Shown here piece by piece: positions 35,073 to 48,799 of a DNA stretch of 64,000 bases (position 1 is its first letter; each line of letters starts with the position of its first letter). The notes below the pieces were generated by a model, which was not told where the DNA came from, did no database searches, and was given only the letters and a program-made list of their open reading frames with translations. Source of the DNA: Hemiscyllium ocellatum. Lineage: Eukaryota. The position numbers and the translations under genes were made by a program. The stretch covers positions 10,400,248 to 10,464,247 of the forward strand of contig NC_083421.1 in the NCBI RefSeq assembly GCF_020745735.1, written 5' to 3'.

Positions 35073-35874
35073 TTGATTTAAACATGGACAAAAAACAGAA
35101 TTCCAGAAATGAAGGAAGAGTGACAGCCCTTCACATTAAGGTCACATTCGACAGAGTGTGATATTATGGAGTCCTAGCAAAACTGGATTCAATGGGTATC
35201 AGGTGACAACCTCCCTGCTGCCTGCAGTCAGACCTCACACATTGGGAGGTGGCTCTGCTTGTTAGAGGGCAGTCGTCTCAGCCAAAGCAAATCTCTGTTG
35301 GAGTTCCGAAAGAAAGTGTCCTTGGCCCAATCATGTTCAGCTGCTTCAGCAATGCCTTTCCCTCCCTCAGAAGGTCAGAAGTGAAATCTGCATTGATCTA
35401 GCACTTTTTTTGTGGCTGCTCAGTCCACATTCAAACGCAACAAAATCTGGACAATTTCCAGCCTTGAGCTGACAAGTGGCAAATAGCATTCACACCACAA
35501 ACCTGCGAGACCAAAAACCCCTTGACATTCAATAGTGTTACCATCACGGAATCCCTCACCATCGACATCCTGGGTTTTATTGTTCATTAGAAATTGAGCT
35601 GGACACTCCATATAAATACAATGGCTGTAAGAGCAGGCCAGAGGCTAGGAATACTGCAGCGAGTAACTCACCCTCCTGACTTGCAAAGCCAATTAACTGT
35701 CTAAGAGACAGAAGTCAGGAGGGTAATAGCACAGCTCACCCTTTGACTGGACAGGAGCACCTTCAACTGCACTCAATAAGCTAGACATTGTCCAGGACAA
35801 AGCATCCCACTTGATCAGCAGCACATCCACAAGCGTCCATTGCCTCCAAATCTGATGCTTAGAACCTGCCATTT

Positions 35875-35968
35875 GCTGAAAAATGTGTTGCTGGAAAAGC
35901 GCAGCAGACCAGGCAGCATCCAAGGAGCAGGCGAATCGATGTTTCGGGCATAAGCCCTTCTTCAGGCA
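35875..35968 (-). mobile_element. Solo Penelope terminal-repeat fragment
   Basis: Same terminal sequence as the larger PLEs; flanking duplication ACCTGCCAT. Confidence 0.78.
35933..35967 (-). ncRNA. Minimal hammerhead motif
   Basis: CTGAAGA-A-GGGC TTAT GCCC-GAAAC-ATC (GTC changed to ATC). Confidence 0.6.
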
Positions 35969-36614
35969 TACCTGCCATATGCACTATCTAAAATACTGCA
36001 CTGCAGTAACTTAGCCACTTCCTTACACAGTACCTTCCCACTACCACTTGCATCCCGATGGATAAGAACAGCAGATACATGGGAACAGCACCACTGTAAG
36101 CTCCTCTCTAAACTACTCGGCATCCTGACATGGAAATATATCATCGATCTTTTACTGTAACTGGGTCAAAATCTGGAATTCCCTTCCTCAGGTCATTTTG
36201 GAACATGTTATTTCAGAAAGGCAGCTTTCTGCCGTCTTCTGAAGGACACCTACCGACAACTAAAAGCAACCACCGTGTTCCATGAGTCAATAAAACAATC
36301 ATTGAAGCTAATATGACAGTTTGAGAAAGTGGTTAAGGAGGCATTATGAGTATGTAATAAGCAATCAAAAGGTTTGGAATAAAGTTCCAGAACCAATCTC
36401 TACCATAGTAGCTTCAATTAATGAAAGAGTATGAAATGAAACTGCTGAAGTAACGAATGATAATCACAGACCTACCAAAGTTTTGAACCATGTTACATGG
36501 TTCAGTATTGTCCTTCAGAGGAGGATGTGTGACCTTCCTACTGGTCTGCCCTACCTGTTCAACAAAAAGGCGATGGTTCCTTTCCTGTGCCGAACCTGAC
36601 TAAGAAACCCATCA

Positions 36615-36832
36615 GGAGAAAGTGAGGACTGCAGGTGCTGGAGATCTGAGTTGAGAGTGTAGTGCTGGAAAAGCACAGCAGGTCAGGCAGCATCCAAGGA
36701 GCAGGAAAATTAATGTTTCATCCATAACAGCTACATTAGGTATCTTAATGAAGGCCTTATGCCCAAAACGTCGATTCTCCTGCTCCTCGGATGCTGCCTG
36801 ACCTTCTGTACTTTTCCAGCACTACAGTCTCG
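36615..36832. mobile_element. Fold-back mini-element of Penelope terminal repeats
   Basis: Inverted arms GTAGTGCTGGAAAAG... / ...CTTTTCCAGCACTAC. Imperfect flanking duplication GACTAAGAAACC / GACTGAGAAGCC. Confidence 0.75.
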
Positions 36833-39714
36833 ACTGAGAAGCCATTTGGTTGGAATAAAGCTTCTTAAGAAAGATCAACCATAATTAGCCGAACAAGATG
36901 GCAGGCCTTCAAAAAGGGAGCTGATAACCACCTTCTTGGGATATGTGACTAACGCTTTCATAATTCAGTGAAGAATTCAACAAATGCAAATGACGGTGAG
37001 TCAGGCTCTTCAGACAGATTTTAGATTGGTGATTGGATGCAAAGTCTCCTGTGATGTTGCTGTGAACAGCAAGAGAGTTCTTGCCAGTATTCCACTCCAA
37101 TATTTGTTCATGATGTAAAGTGTCAGATTTATTGCATTCCTCTGCTTTCACAGGATCACAGTGATGATATCATGAGACCAGTATTCTCGAACTCCAGTTT
37201 GATGTTGGATGGCCAGGGTTAGGAATATCATCGTTTGCCCAGGGTGAAATTTGAATTTAAAGAAATCCTGGAATCAGAAAAAAAGACAAATGGTGACCAT
37301 GTAACCCGAGTCAATGGAAAAATACAAAAACAGCTGGTTCACGAATGACAAGGCATCTGTCATCTTTACATGGTCTGGCCAACATGAGATTCCAGACCCA
37401 CTGGGAAGTAATTGACTGTGTTCTGAAGTGGCTTTAGCAAGTTATTCAATGGGCAGTTGGGGATAGGGACTCATTGCTGACCCTTACCATTAAGTAATAC
37501 GTGTAACGAAACCTCGTAACAACTATATCAATTAAATGTAATTGTTGTGGCAGTTCCTGATGTCATTTCTAGTCTTTCACGTGAATATTCTAAATTTGCA
37601 GAATTTTCAGCACTGAATTTAAATTATTTATCTTTTAGAAATAAATAAAATCTGTTGCAATTCGGCTTCATAAGTTTTTATTCACTTCTGCAAATGGTCA
37701 ACATTCTTAAAATAAACTTGTTTCAATTTGAAACTTACCACCAAATCACTTCATTCACTGGCTTTACTGCCATCATCACTTCCTTGAAGCCAATTAAGCA
37801 TTTATGTAAATAAACACAGAAATAGAATTCTCAGAATAGATTACAGAACCACAAAACCCTAATTTATATTTCCCCACAAGCACAGCACACGAATTGTGGA
37901 AAAAATGCAAATAACTCAATGGATTCCAATACTAATTGACGTTAGGACTTTTTTATACATAAGTTGTATGATTGTTGAATGACAGAGGTGTCAATTGCCA
38001 TGTATAGTCAAAAAACTATAATTAAGAGATACATTGGCACAGCTAATATTTCTGTGTCTCTTTTTCTCTCTTCCCGTCCTGCCTTCCCCCTTTTTTCTTT
38101 ATCTCTGATGCCTTGTTTTGCCTCTCCACAATCGGACAATGTTTTCCTCAATAACATGAAGCCAACACCTCACCAACATTGCCTCTCAGTCAAATTCATC
38201 CATTTCTTTCGAGAGATTTGAGTCAGGACAGCAAGATTTTCTCAAAAATCTGTCTGAGTATTGAGTGATCTGGAAATGATTGATAGGAATGAGGCTGCAA
38301 GACTTTACTGTGTTAGTGTTTTCATTGTGTCTCTGCACTATTATTCTTGTCTGAGGAATGTTTAATGGTTCAATGTAATGCATATTTAGTCTATAATTAA
38401 CCTTACACTGCACATCTCATGGAAGGTTTCATATAATAGAGGTCAATTTATTCTGTATCGACACTGGGAGGATTTTATTTTTAGAGAATCCTGGATGCAG
38501 CTCTACTCTGTGTCTAAACCAAAATATATTTGACATGATTGCATTGGACAACACAATATAGAGGGAGATTTACCCAGCACATTACATGAGCTGTACAATC
38601 ATGGAAAACATTTGATGTAGCCGTGTAAAGGGGCTTGAACTCCTACCCACTGTCTTTCTGATTTTGAAATGCTTGGTACCAGAATAAAAAGGGAACAACA
38701 CTATGCATCGAAACTTTGTTATACAAGTAGACTATCATTTACAGGCACAGACATACACACACACATAAGCAAATCATCTCGGAACAACCCTTGCAGTGTT
38801 TAACGGATGAGTACTGAGAGAACTTTAGTATGCAATGTGTGTATTCCATGCATCACATGCCGACAGTGTGCTTGATATGGTAGTTTAAATGTAGTTTTGA
38901 TCAGTCTTTAACATTTTCTGTGACAGCCGTGGTTGTGTTTGACAAATATTCAACAGAACTGGAGGACTATAAATGTAGTCACTGCATTAGAGGCAGAACG
39001 CAATGCCATCAATCAGTGAGAAAGATGACCCTGTCTTTTTTCATGAGGAGGGATTGAAGCAGCTGGGCTTCAAACATGAAATGGAGGCTAATTTAGATGA
39101 GACCTATGTAATTCTGAAAAGACTAACTTAGAGCAAAAGTCAATGAGAGGGAACCAGAAGCAGTCTGTTCAGCCAATGGAGTTTGGTCTTCCAAACAATG
39201 ACATCATAGCTGAGCTGATAATCCTCACCTCCACTTTTCAGCGTTTAACTGTCAGCATTGATTCAATTACCAAATCAAAACCTGCCCATTTCAGCCTTCA
39301 AAATACTGAATGACCCAGCCTCGACAGTGTTCTATGGAAACAAACTCCACAGATTCACTACATTCTGGGAGACAAAATTCTGTTCTGCCTGACATTTGTG
39401 ACCTCTAATTCAGAGATTTTACTCACTGGTCCGAAACTCTCCCACAAGGGGAAACAACATTTCTGCATTTACACCATCAAGTTTCCTGAAAATAATAGAT
39501 GTTTCAGAATGTCACCACTGAATCTTCTATGTTCTAATGAGTATAGGCCCAAACGACTCAGTCTCTACTCTCAAGACAGTCCCTCCATCCTCAGGATCAG
39601 TCGACTAAACCTCATGTGGGTTGTCTCACAGTCCAGTGTACCTTTTCTTTGTGATATGAGTTGCAAGAACAGTCCACAGTATTCCAGCTGTGGTAAAAAT
39701 AGAGCTTCTTTTCA

Positions 39715-41765
39715 GTTTTAACAAACATTATAGTCATACAAACACAGGCACAGAAACAGACCCTTCGGTCCAACTGCACTGACCAGATATCCCAACCTGA
39801 CTGAGTTCCATATGCCAAACATTTGGCCTATCTTTCTCTAAATGTTCCCTGTTCATACACCCATCCAGGTGCCTTTTAAATGCAGTAATTGAACCCACCT
39901 CCACCACTACCACAGGCAGCTGTTTCCATACATACACGTGAAAAGGTTAGCCCTCAGGTTCTTTTCAAACGTTTCTCCTCTCACCTTAATCTGCTGTCCT
40001 CTAGTTTTGGACTCTCCCACTCGAGGAAATAGGCCTTGGTTATTCACCATATCAATGCCCTGCATGATTTTATAGGGTCTTGTTCAGGCCACTCCTCAGC
40101 CTCCTTTCCTCTCACTGTAGGGAAAAGAAAAGCCCCAGCCTATTCAGCTTCACCTTATACCTTAAACACGCCAGTTCCAGCATCATTCTTGGAAATCTTT
40201 TCTACATCCCCTCAAGTTTCACGAAATCATTCATAGAAATGGTCAGCCAGATTTGTCTGGAATAATTCTAAACGTGGGCCTCACAAATGTTCTGTACAGC
40301 TGAGACATGGCATCTCGACTCCTACACTTAATGTTATGACCAATGAAGGAAAGCATGCCAAACACCTTCTTCCCCACCCTGTCTACCTGCAACTCCACTT
40401 TCAAGGAGTGATGCATCTGCTCCCTTTGGTTTCTTTGCTCAGCAACACTCCCCAAGGCCCAGCCATTAATTGTATAAGTCTTGCCCTGGTTTGCCTTACA
40501 AAAATGCAGCACCTCACATTTATTTAATAAAGCTTGGGTTCATGAAAAGCAGGTCATGTGTAACTGATTAATTGGAATTCTTTGAGGTCATAATGAGCGT
40601 GGTAGACAATGGGGAACTGGTGAATGTGGTGTATCTGGATTTCCAAAAGGCATTCAGCAAGGTGCTGAACAAAAGGCTGCTGCATAAGATAAAGATGCAC
40701 AGTGTTACGGGCAATGCATTAGCATGGACAGAAAACTGGTTAACTGGCAGAATGCAAAACGTGGGGATAAATGGGTGTTTTTCTGGTTGGCAATCAGTGG
40801 CGAGTGGTGTGTCTCAGGGATGGGTGTTGGGACTGCAATTGTTTACAATTGAGGTAGATTGCTTCGAGTTTGAGATCCAAGTGTAGTATGTTGTAGTTCG
40901 CAGAAGGCACTTAAATGAATGATAGAGCAAAGTGCTCAGGAGGATATAGACAGGTTAAGTGAATGGGCAAGAGTCTGACAGATGAAGTACAATGTTAGTA
41001 AATGTGAAGTCATCCATTTTGGTAGGAATAATAACAAACAGGATGCTGCTGTGCAGGGGGACTTGGGTGTTCTTGTGCATGAAACACAAAAGCATAGTTT
41101 GCAAGTACAGTAGCTAATTAAGAAGACAAATGGAATAATGTCCTTCACTGGCCGTGGATAGAGTTTAAAATTAGGACTTTCTGTTTCAGCTGTATAGGGC
41201 GCTGGTTTGACCATGCCTGGAGTACTCTATACACTTTTCATCACCTTACATGAGATGGTACTGGGGTGGGGTTTGCTGAGGATGTGGATTACGTTGATTC
41301 TGGAAATGAGGGGGTTGGCTTGTGAGGAGAGATTGAGCAGACTGGGATTATATTCATTGGAATTCAGAAGAATGTGGGAGGGGGGTTGTAAAATTATAAA
41401 TGGGATAGATAAGACAGAAGCAGGGAGGCTATTTCCACTGATGGGTGAAATTAGAACGACGGGGCATAACCTCAAAACAAGGGCAACAGATTTAGGACTG
41501 AGTTGAGGATCAACATCTTCACCCAAAGGGTTGTGAATCTGTGGAATCCCCTGACTAGTGAAGAAGCTGAGGTCAACCTGTTGAATGTTTTAAAGGTGAA
41601 AATAGATGTTTTAACAGTAAAGGAATGGAGGGTTATAGTGAGCGGGTGGGTAAGTGGAACCTTAGCCCATTGAAAGATGATCCATGATGTTATTGAAAGG
41701 CAGAGCAGACTCATGGGGTCAGATGGCCTACTCCTGATCGTATTTCTAATGTTTGGATGTTGTTA
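39715..41765. mobile_element. Head-to-head pair of CR1 3' fragments (minus 39715-40530, plus 40535-41765)
   Basis: ORF 40572-40886 (VYLDFQKAFSKV, GVSQGWVLG) on plus; ORF 40243-40512 on minus; tails at both outer ends. Confidence 0.78.
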
Positions 41766-41879
41766 TGTTCTAACAGGCCTCCAATCCAAAACGTAATGCT
41801 CTCTGACTACTAAGTAAAAACTGAAAGAACTGTGGATGCTGTGTATCAGAAACAAAAACAGAAACTGCTGGAAATGTTC

Positions 41880-43075
41880 AGAAGGTCTGGCAGCATCTCT
41901 GGTGTGAAAGGCGCATCAGTTTATGGTTCGCTGGCTTTTCCATACAACTTTCTTCAATAATGCTGCCACATTAGTCACTCTCCAGTCTTCTGGCATCTCA
42001 TCTATGATTATCGACGATACAAATATCTCAGTAAGGGGTCCAAAAATCTCTTCCCTAGCTTCCCACAAAGTTCTGAGAAATACCTAATCAGGTCTCCAGG
42101 ATTTATTTCCATTTTTCTGCTTTAAGACCTCCAATACCACCTCTTCTGTAAGATGAACTCATTTTAACATCACATTATTTATTTCCCAAGTTCCTTAGGT
42201 TCTATGCTCCTGTCTACTGTAAATATTGATACAAAGTATTTGCTTAGTGTCTCAGCCATCTCCTGTGGTTCCATGCATGAAAAGCCATGTTGATATTTAA
42301 GGGCTGTATTCTCTCCTTAGTTATTCTTTTAACCTTAAAATAATTTTAGAATCCTTTCGGATTCTCCTTAATTCTATTTGCCAAAGCAATTTCATGCCCC
42401 CTTTTTTCCCTCATGATTTCCTGGTTAAGTGTACTCTGACTGCCCTTATACCCTTCTCAGGATTCACTCAATCCCAGCTGTCTGTATCTGATGAATGTCC
42501 CCTTCGTTCTCTGGACAGGAGTTGCAATTTCCCTCATCATTGAGCTTTTCCCACGCCTTGCCCTTCATATATACAGAAACATACCATCACTGAACTCTCA
42601 TTGTCTCATTCTTAAAGGCCTCCCACTTGTCAGTCGTCCCTTTACCCGTGAATAACCCCCCTCAACCAACTTCTCAAAGTCTAATAACATCAAAACTGGC
42701 CATACTCCAATTTGAAACTTTCATTTTTAAATCAATTCTATACTTTCTCATCATTATTATTAAACCAATAGAATTATGATCACTTTCCCTGAAGCGACCT
42801 CAGTCATTTGTCCTGCCTTGATTCCCAATAGAAGGTCAAGTAGGTGCATCCACATATCCATATTTTAACAACTCTCGTCCTATCTGTATCGCTCCACAAA
42901 CTTCTTTTTGTGTCATACTCACCACTTGTCTCTGCTCCAATTTTTGTGTCATTCGCAAACGTGCCTACAATATACTCACTTTCCTCATCTAAGTCATTAA
43001 AATACTTTGTAAATTTTTTTTGTCCCCCAGAACAGATTTATGTGGTACTCCACACTTTGACATCCTGTAAAATAA
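41880..43075 (-). mobile_element. Degenerate CR1 ORF2 fragment
   Basis: Reverse complement resembles the linker/RT-start region of the 43-48 kb element; eroded. Confidence 0.55.
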
Positions 43076-43079
43076 AACA

Positions 43080-44764
43080 CTTAATCAAACTCATGTTTGC
43101 TATGTTGCCTCCCAGGTGCAAGGGTACATGATGTCTCTGATCGTGTTTTCCGGGTCCTTAAGGGGGAAGGGGAGAAGCCCAAAGTCGTGGTTCACATTGG
43201 CACCAACGACATAGGTAGGAAGAGGGATGAGGATGTTAGGCAGGCTTTCAGGGAGCTAGGTTGGAAGTTCAGAGCTCGAACAAATAGAGTTGTTGTCTCT
43301 GGTTTGTTAACTGTGCCACGTGATGAGTCGAGGAATAGGGAGAGAGAGCAGTTAAATGCGTGGCTACAGGGATGGTACAGGAAGGAGGGATTCCAGTTTC
43401 TGGATAACTGGGGTTCTTTCTGGGGAAGGCGGGGCCTCTATTAACAGGATGGTCTACACCTGAACCTGAGGGGCACCAATATCCTTGGGGGGAGGTTTGC
43501 TAGTGCTCTTTCGGGGGTTTAAACTAACTCTGCAGGGGCATGGGATCCGAGACTGTAGTTTTAGGGTGCAGGACCTGGAGTGTAGGGAGGTTAGGAACTT
43601 GGCATCAATCTCGAAGGAGGGTGCCTGTAAACAGGAAGGTGGCTTGAAGTGTGTATACTTCAATGCGAGAAGTATAGGAAAAAAGGTAGGTGAACTTGCA
43701 GCGTGGGTTGGTACCTGGGAGTTCGATGTTGTGGCTATTACGAAGACATGGGTAGAACAGGGACAAGATTGGTTGTTGCAGGTTCCAGGGTTTAAATGTT
43801 TTAGTAGGGTCAGAGGTGGGGGTAAAAGGGGGGGAGGTGTGGCATTGCTTGTCAAAGATAGTATTACAGCAGTGGAAAGGACGATGGATGAAGACTCGCC
43901 ATCTGAGGTAGTTTGGGCTGAGCTTAGAAATAAGAAAGGTGAGGTCACCCTGTTAGGAGTTTTCTACAGGCCTCCTAATAGTCCTAGAGACGTAGAAGAA
44001 AAGATTGCGAGGACAATTCAGGAGAAGAGTGAAAGTAATAGGGTGGTTGTTATGGGGGACTTTAACTTTCCAGATATTGACTGGGAAAGCTATAGTTCGA
44101 GTACGTTAAATGGGTCGGTGTTTGTTCAATGTGTGCAGGAGGGTTTCCTGACACAATATATAGACAGGCCAACAAGAGGTGAGGCTATACTGGATTTGGT
44201 TCTGGGTAACGAACCAGGCCAGGTGTTAGAATTGGAGGTAGGTGAGCACTTTGGGGACAGTGACCACAATTCGGTGACTTTTACTCTAGTGATGGAGAGA
44301 AATAAGTGTGCACTGCAGGGCAAGAGTTATAGCTGGGGACAGGGAAATTATGATGCGGTGAGGTATGACTTAGGATGCGTGGCTTGGAAAAGTAGGCTTC
44401 AAGGGAAGGGCACAATCGATATGTGGAGCTTGTTCAAGGAACAACTATTGAGTGTCCTTGATAAGAATTTACCTGTCAGGCAGGGAGGAAAGAGTCGTGT
44501 GAGGGAGTCGTGGTTTAATAAGGAATTGGAATCCCTTGTTAAAGGGAAGAGGGCGGCCCATGTAAAGATGAGTTGTGAAGGTTCCATTGGGGCGATTGAG
44601 AGTTTTAAGGTAGCCAGGAAGGATCTAAAGAGAGAGCTAAGAGCAGCAAGGAGGGGACATGAAAAGTCCTTGGTGGGTAGGATTAGGGAAAGTCCAAAGG
44701 CTTTCTATAGGTATGTCAGGAATAAAAGAATGACTCGGGTAGCAATAGGTCCAGTCAAGGATAG
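43080..44764 (+). mobile_element. CR1-type LINE, 5' part: ORF1 SGNH-esterase C-terminus and ORF2 APE endonuclease
   Basis: ORF 43097-43444 has VVVHIGTND, followed after a stop by DGLHLN. ORF 43485-44771 has YFNARSI, VVMGDFNFPDIDW, LDLVL and SDH. Confidence 0.92.
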
Positions 44765-44797
44765 AACATAGAACATAGAGAACATAGAAAAATACAG

Positions 44798-45853
44798 TTG
44801 AAAATGTGTTGCTGGTTAAAGCACAGCAGGTTAGGCAGCATCCAAGGAATAGGAAATCTTTGCGGAACGCTGATAGGGGAGGGGAGGGAAAGATATCCCT
44901 GGTGGTGGGGTCCGTTTGGAGGTGGCGGAAATGACAGCAGATGATATGCTGTATACGGAGGTTGGTGGGGTGGTAGGTGAGAACCAGTGGGGTTCTGAGT
45001 AGGTGAGAATCATCCGCCGTCATTTCCGCCACCCAAGACCACTCCCTTCGTGACTCCCTCGTCAGGTCCACACACCCCACCAACCCAACCTCCACTCCCG
45101 GCACCTTCCCCTGCAACCGCAGGAAATGTAAAACTTGCGCACACACCTCCTCCCTCACTTCCCTCCAAGGCCCCAAGGGATCCTTCCATATCCGCCACAA
45201 GTTCACCTGTACCTCCACACACATCATCTATTGCATCCGCTGCACCCGATGTGGCCTCCTCTACATTGGGGAGACGGGCTGCTTACTTGCGGAACGCTTC
45301 AGAGAACACCTCAGGGACGCCCGACCAACCAACCCAACCACCCCGTGGCTCAACACTTTAACTCTCCCTCCCACTCCACCGAGGACATGCAGGTCCTTGG
45401 ACTCCTCCACCGGCAAAACATAACAACACGACGGTTGGAGGAAGAACGCCTCATCTTCCGCCTGGGAACCCTCCAACCACAAGGGATGAACTCAGATTTC
45501 TCCAGTTTCCTCATTTCCCCTCCCCCCACCTTGTCTCAGTCAGTTCCCTCAACTCAGCACCGCCTTCCTAACCTGCAATCTTCTTCCTAACCTCTCCGCC
45601 CCCACCCCACTCCGGCCTATCACCCTCACCTTGACCTCCTTCCACCTATCACATCTCCATCGCCCCTCCCCCAAGTCCCTCCTCCCTACCTTTTATCTTA
45701 GCCTGCCTGGCACACTCTCCTCATTCCTGATGAAGGGCTTATGCCCGAAACGTCAAATTTCCTATTCCTTGGATGCTGCCTAACCTGCTGTGCTTTAACC
45801 AGCAACACATTTTCAACTGTGATCTCCAGCATCCGCAGACCTCACTTTTTACC
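44798..45853 (+). mobile_element. Penelope-like element with inverted 5' segments, inserted in a CR1 tail
   Basis: GIY-YIG region 45030-45590 and terminal repeat to about 45845. Inverted terminal-repeat piece at 44798-44857 and inverted upstream piece at about 44858-45012. 15-bp TSD CATAGAAAAATACAG at 44783-44797 and 45854-45868. Confidence 0.88.
45723..45758 (+). ncRNA. Minimal hammerhead motif in PLE terminal repeat
   Basis: ATTC-CTGATGA-A-GGGC TTAT GCCC-GAAAC-GTC-AAAT. Core is perfect; the first stem I pair is mismatched. Confidence 0.7.
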
Positions 45854-46432
45854 CATAGAAAAATACAGCGCAGTACAGGCCCTTTGGCCCTCGATGTTGC
45901 GCCGACCGAAGCCTACCTAACCTACACTAGCCCAATAACCCCCATATGCTTATCTAATGCCTGCTTGAATGACCTTCACAAACCATGCTGACTATCCTTG
46001 ATTACATTATTCCTATCCAGATGTTCATAAATCCTATCCCTTACAATCCTCTCTAAGACTTTGCCCACAACAGAGGTAAGACTCACCAGCCTATAGTTAC
46101 TAGAGTTATCCCTACTCCCCTTCTTGAACAAGGGAACTATATTTGCTATCCTCCAGTCTTCTGGCACTATTCCTGTAGACAATGAGGACATAAAAATCAA
46201 GGCCAATGGCTCTGCAATGCCATCAGGCCCAGGGGACTTATCTATATTCACCCTTTCCAGAATTTCCAACACCTCTTCCCTACATATCTCAAAGCCATCC
46301 ATTCTATTTAATTGTGACTCAATATTCACATCGGCAACAATGTCCTGTTCCTGAGTGAATACTGATGAGAAGTATTCATTCAGTGTCTCCCCAATTTCTT
46401 CAGCCTCCACATGCAACTTCCCACAACTATCC

Positions 46433-48205
46433 AGGAATAAAAGGATGGCTAGGGTAGGTATCGGTCCAGTCAAGGATAGTAGTGCGAAGTTGCGTGAGGA
46501 GGCGGAGGAGATTGGAGAGACACTAAATCAATACTTTTCGTAAGTATTCACTCAGGAACAGGACATTGTTGCTGATGTGAATATTGAGTCACAAGTGATT
46601 AGAATGGATGGCTTTGAGGTATGTAGGGAAGAGGTCCGGGGAATATTGGAAAGGGTGAAAATAGATAAGTCCCCTGGGCCTGCTTGCATTTATCCTAGGA
46701 TCCTCTGGGAAGCTAGGGAGGAGATAGCGGAGCCAGTGGCCTTGATTTTTATGTCGTTGTTGTCTACAGGAATAGTGCCAGAAGACTGGAGGATAGCGAA
46801 TGTGGTCCCCTTGTTCAAGAAGGGGAATAGGGACAGCCCTAGCAACTATAGGCCAGTGAGTCTCACTTCTGTTGTGGGCAAAGTCTTGGAGAGAATTGTA
46901 AGGGATAGGATTTATGAACATCTGGACAAGAATAATGTGATCAAGGATAGTCAGCATGGTTTTGTGAAGGGCATGTCTTGCCTCACAAACATTATTGAGT
47001 TCTTTGAGAAGGTGACCAAGGAAGTGGACGATGGTAAAGCAGTAGATGTGGTGTATACGGATTTTAGCAAGGCGTTCGATAAGGTACCCCATGGTAGGCT
47101 ACTGCAAAAATTACGGAGGTATGGCATTGAGAGTGCATTAGAGGCTTGGATTAGGAATGGCTGGCTGAAAGGAGACAGAGGGTAGTAGTTGATGGTAAAG
47201 GTTCATCTTGGAGTGCAGTTACTAGCGGTGTTCCACAAGGATTTGTTTTGGGACCATTGCTGTTTGTCATTTTTATAAATGACCTGGAGGAGGGGCTTGA
47301 AGGCTGGGTGAGCAAGTTTGCGGATGATACGAAAGTCGGTGGAGTGGTGGACAGCGAAGAAGAATGTGGCAGGTTACAGCAGGATATAGATAAGTTGCAG
47401 AGCTGGGCAGAAAGGTGGCAAATGGAGTTCAATGTAGCTAAGTGTGAAGTCATTCACTTTGATAGGAGTAACAAGAAGATGGATTACTGGGATAATGGTA
47501 GGCTACTTGGTAGTGTGGATGAGCAGAGGGATCTTGGTGTCCATGTACACAGATCTCTGAAAGTTGCCACCCAGGTAAATAGTGCTGTAAAGAAGGCATA
47601 TGGCGTACTGGGCTTTATTGGTAGAGGAATTGAGTTCCGGAGTCCTGAGGTTGCAGTTGTATTAGACTCTGGTGCGGCCTCCTCTGGAGTGTTGTGTGCA
47701 GTTTTGGTCACCATACTATAGGAAGGATGTGGAGACATTGGAGCGGGTTCAGAGGAGGTTTACCAGGATGTTGCCTGGCATGGTAGGAAGATCGTATGAG
47801 GTAAGGCTGAGGCACTTGGGGCTGTTCTCATTGGAGAAAAGAAGGTTTGGGGAGATTTGATAGACGTGTCCAAGATGTTTAGGGGTTTAGATAGGGTTGA
47901 CAGTGAGAACCTTTTTCCGCGTATGGAGTCAGCTGTTACTAGGGGACACAGCTTTAAATTAAGGGGGGTTGGTATAGGACAGATGTTAGGGGTAGATTCT
48001 TTACTCAGCGGGTTGTGAGTTCATGGAATGCACTGCCAGTATCAGTGGTGGACTCTCCCTCTTTATGGGCATTTAAATGGGCATTGGATAGGCATATGGA
48101 GGAAAGTGGGCTAGTGTAGGTTAGGTGGGCTTGGATCGGCACAACATCGAGGGCCGAAGGGCCTGTACTGCGCTGTATTTTTCTATGTTCTATGTTCTAT
48201 GTTCT
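46433..48205 (+). mobile_element. 5'-truncated CR1-type LINE (RT to 3' tail)
   Basis: ORFs 46577-47185 (NYRPVSLTS, QHGF, DFSKAFDKV) and 47248-47721 (GPLLF, FADD). Ends in a (TTCTATG)n tail at about 48180-48205. Confidence 0.92.
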
Positions 48206-48799
48206 AACTTTTCTGATTGGGATTTCAAAAATCCTCTCTCCACGTTAATACAGTACCTCCAAAGCCAAGGCTCCTTTCTTATTCAGTAATCTTATGCATG
48301 GGTGCTATCAAACACCTTCAGAAAATCAAAACATATTACAATCACGGTTTCCTCCATTTTCTCCAAGAATTCCAAGACATTTATCAGGCAAGATTTCCAT
48401 TTTGTAAAGCCATTCTCAGTTTTCTGCTGTAACATTCTTTTTTAAAGACTCCACCATTTTTTTCAATAAATGACGTTAAACTAAGTAGCCTCAGTCAATC
48501 TTTTGTGTGGCTTAACTTTTTATGAGTGAAGGTGCTGGTTAAGGATTTACTATCAGCCGTCACTTCCACCAGCTGGAGAAACACTGTCATCTACTGTGAA
48601 AAACTCAACAAAATGTGTCTATGTTCATTTACTGTGAAAGCAATTCCACCACTGTTCTAGCTCATCACCTTCTGCTGGCGGTCCCAAATTTTACGAAGCA
48701 ATTCATTGAAAGTCGACAAGGCTAATTAGCATCAAACCAAGATCAATAATTGAGCAGAAATATCTCAATTCCTGGTCATGTATTTTTGTTCATCTCTTT

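Larger units (their letters stand above)
33660..36250 (+). mobile_element. Degenerate LINE RT remnants (CR1/L2 superfamily) interrupted by Penelope terminal repeats
   Basis: Eroded GVPQGSVLGP-like motif (GGAGTTCCGAAAGAAAGTGTCCTTGGCCC, about 35300) and AFDRV-like motif (about 35145). Confidence 0.6.
44765..46432 (-). mobile_element. Inverted CR1 3' half (RT start, internal deletions, 3' tail), interrupted by a Penelope element
   Basis: ORF 45976-46473 (WRIANIVPLFKKGSRD..NYR.VSLTSVVGKVLE). The reverse-complement (TTCTATG)n tail lies at 44765-44797. Confidence 0.88.

Noticed and set aside
36984-37912. Two perfect octamers ATGCAAAT (36984, 37905)
   Set aside because: About 12 kb from the promoter, no associated V or leader, and the count is near chance for 64 kb of AT-rich DNA.
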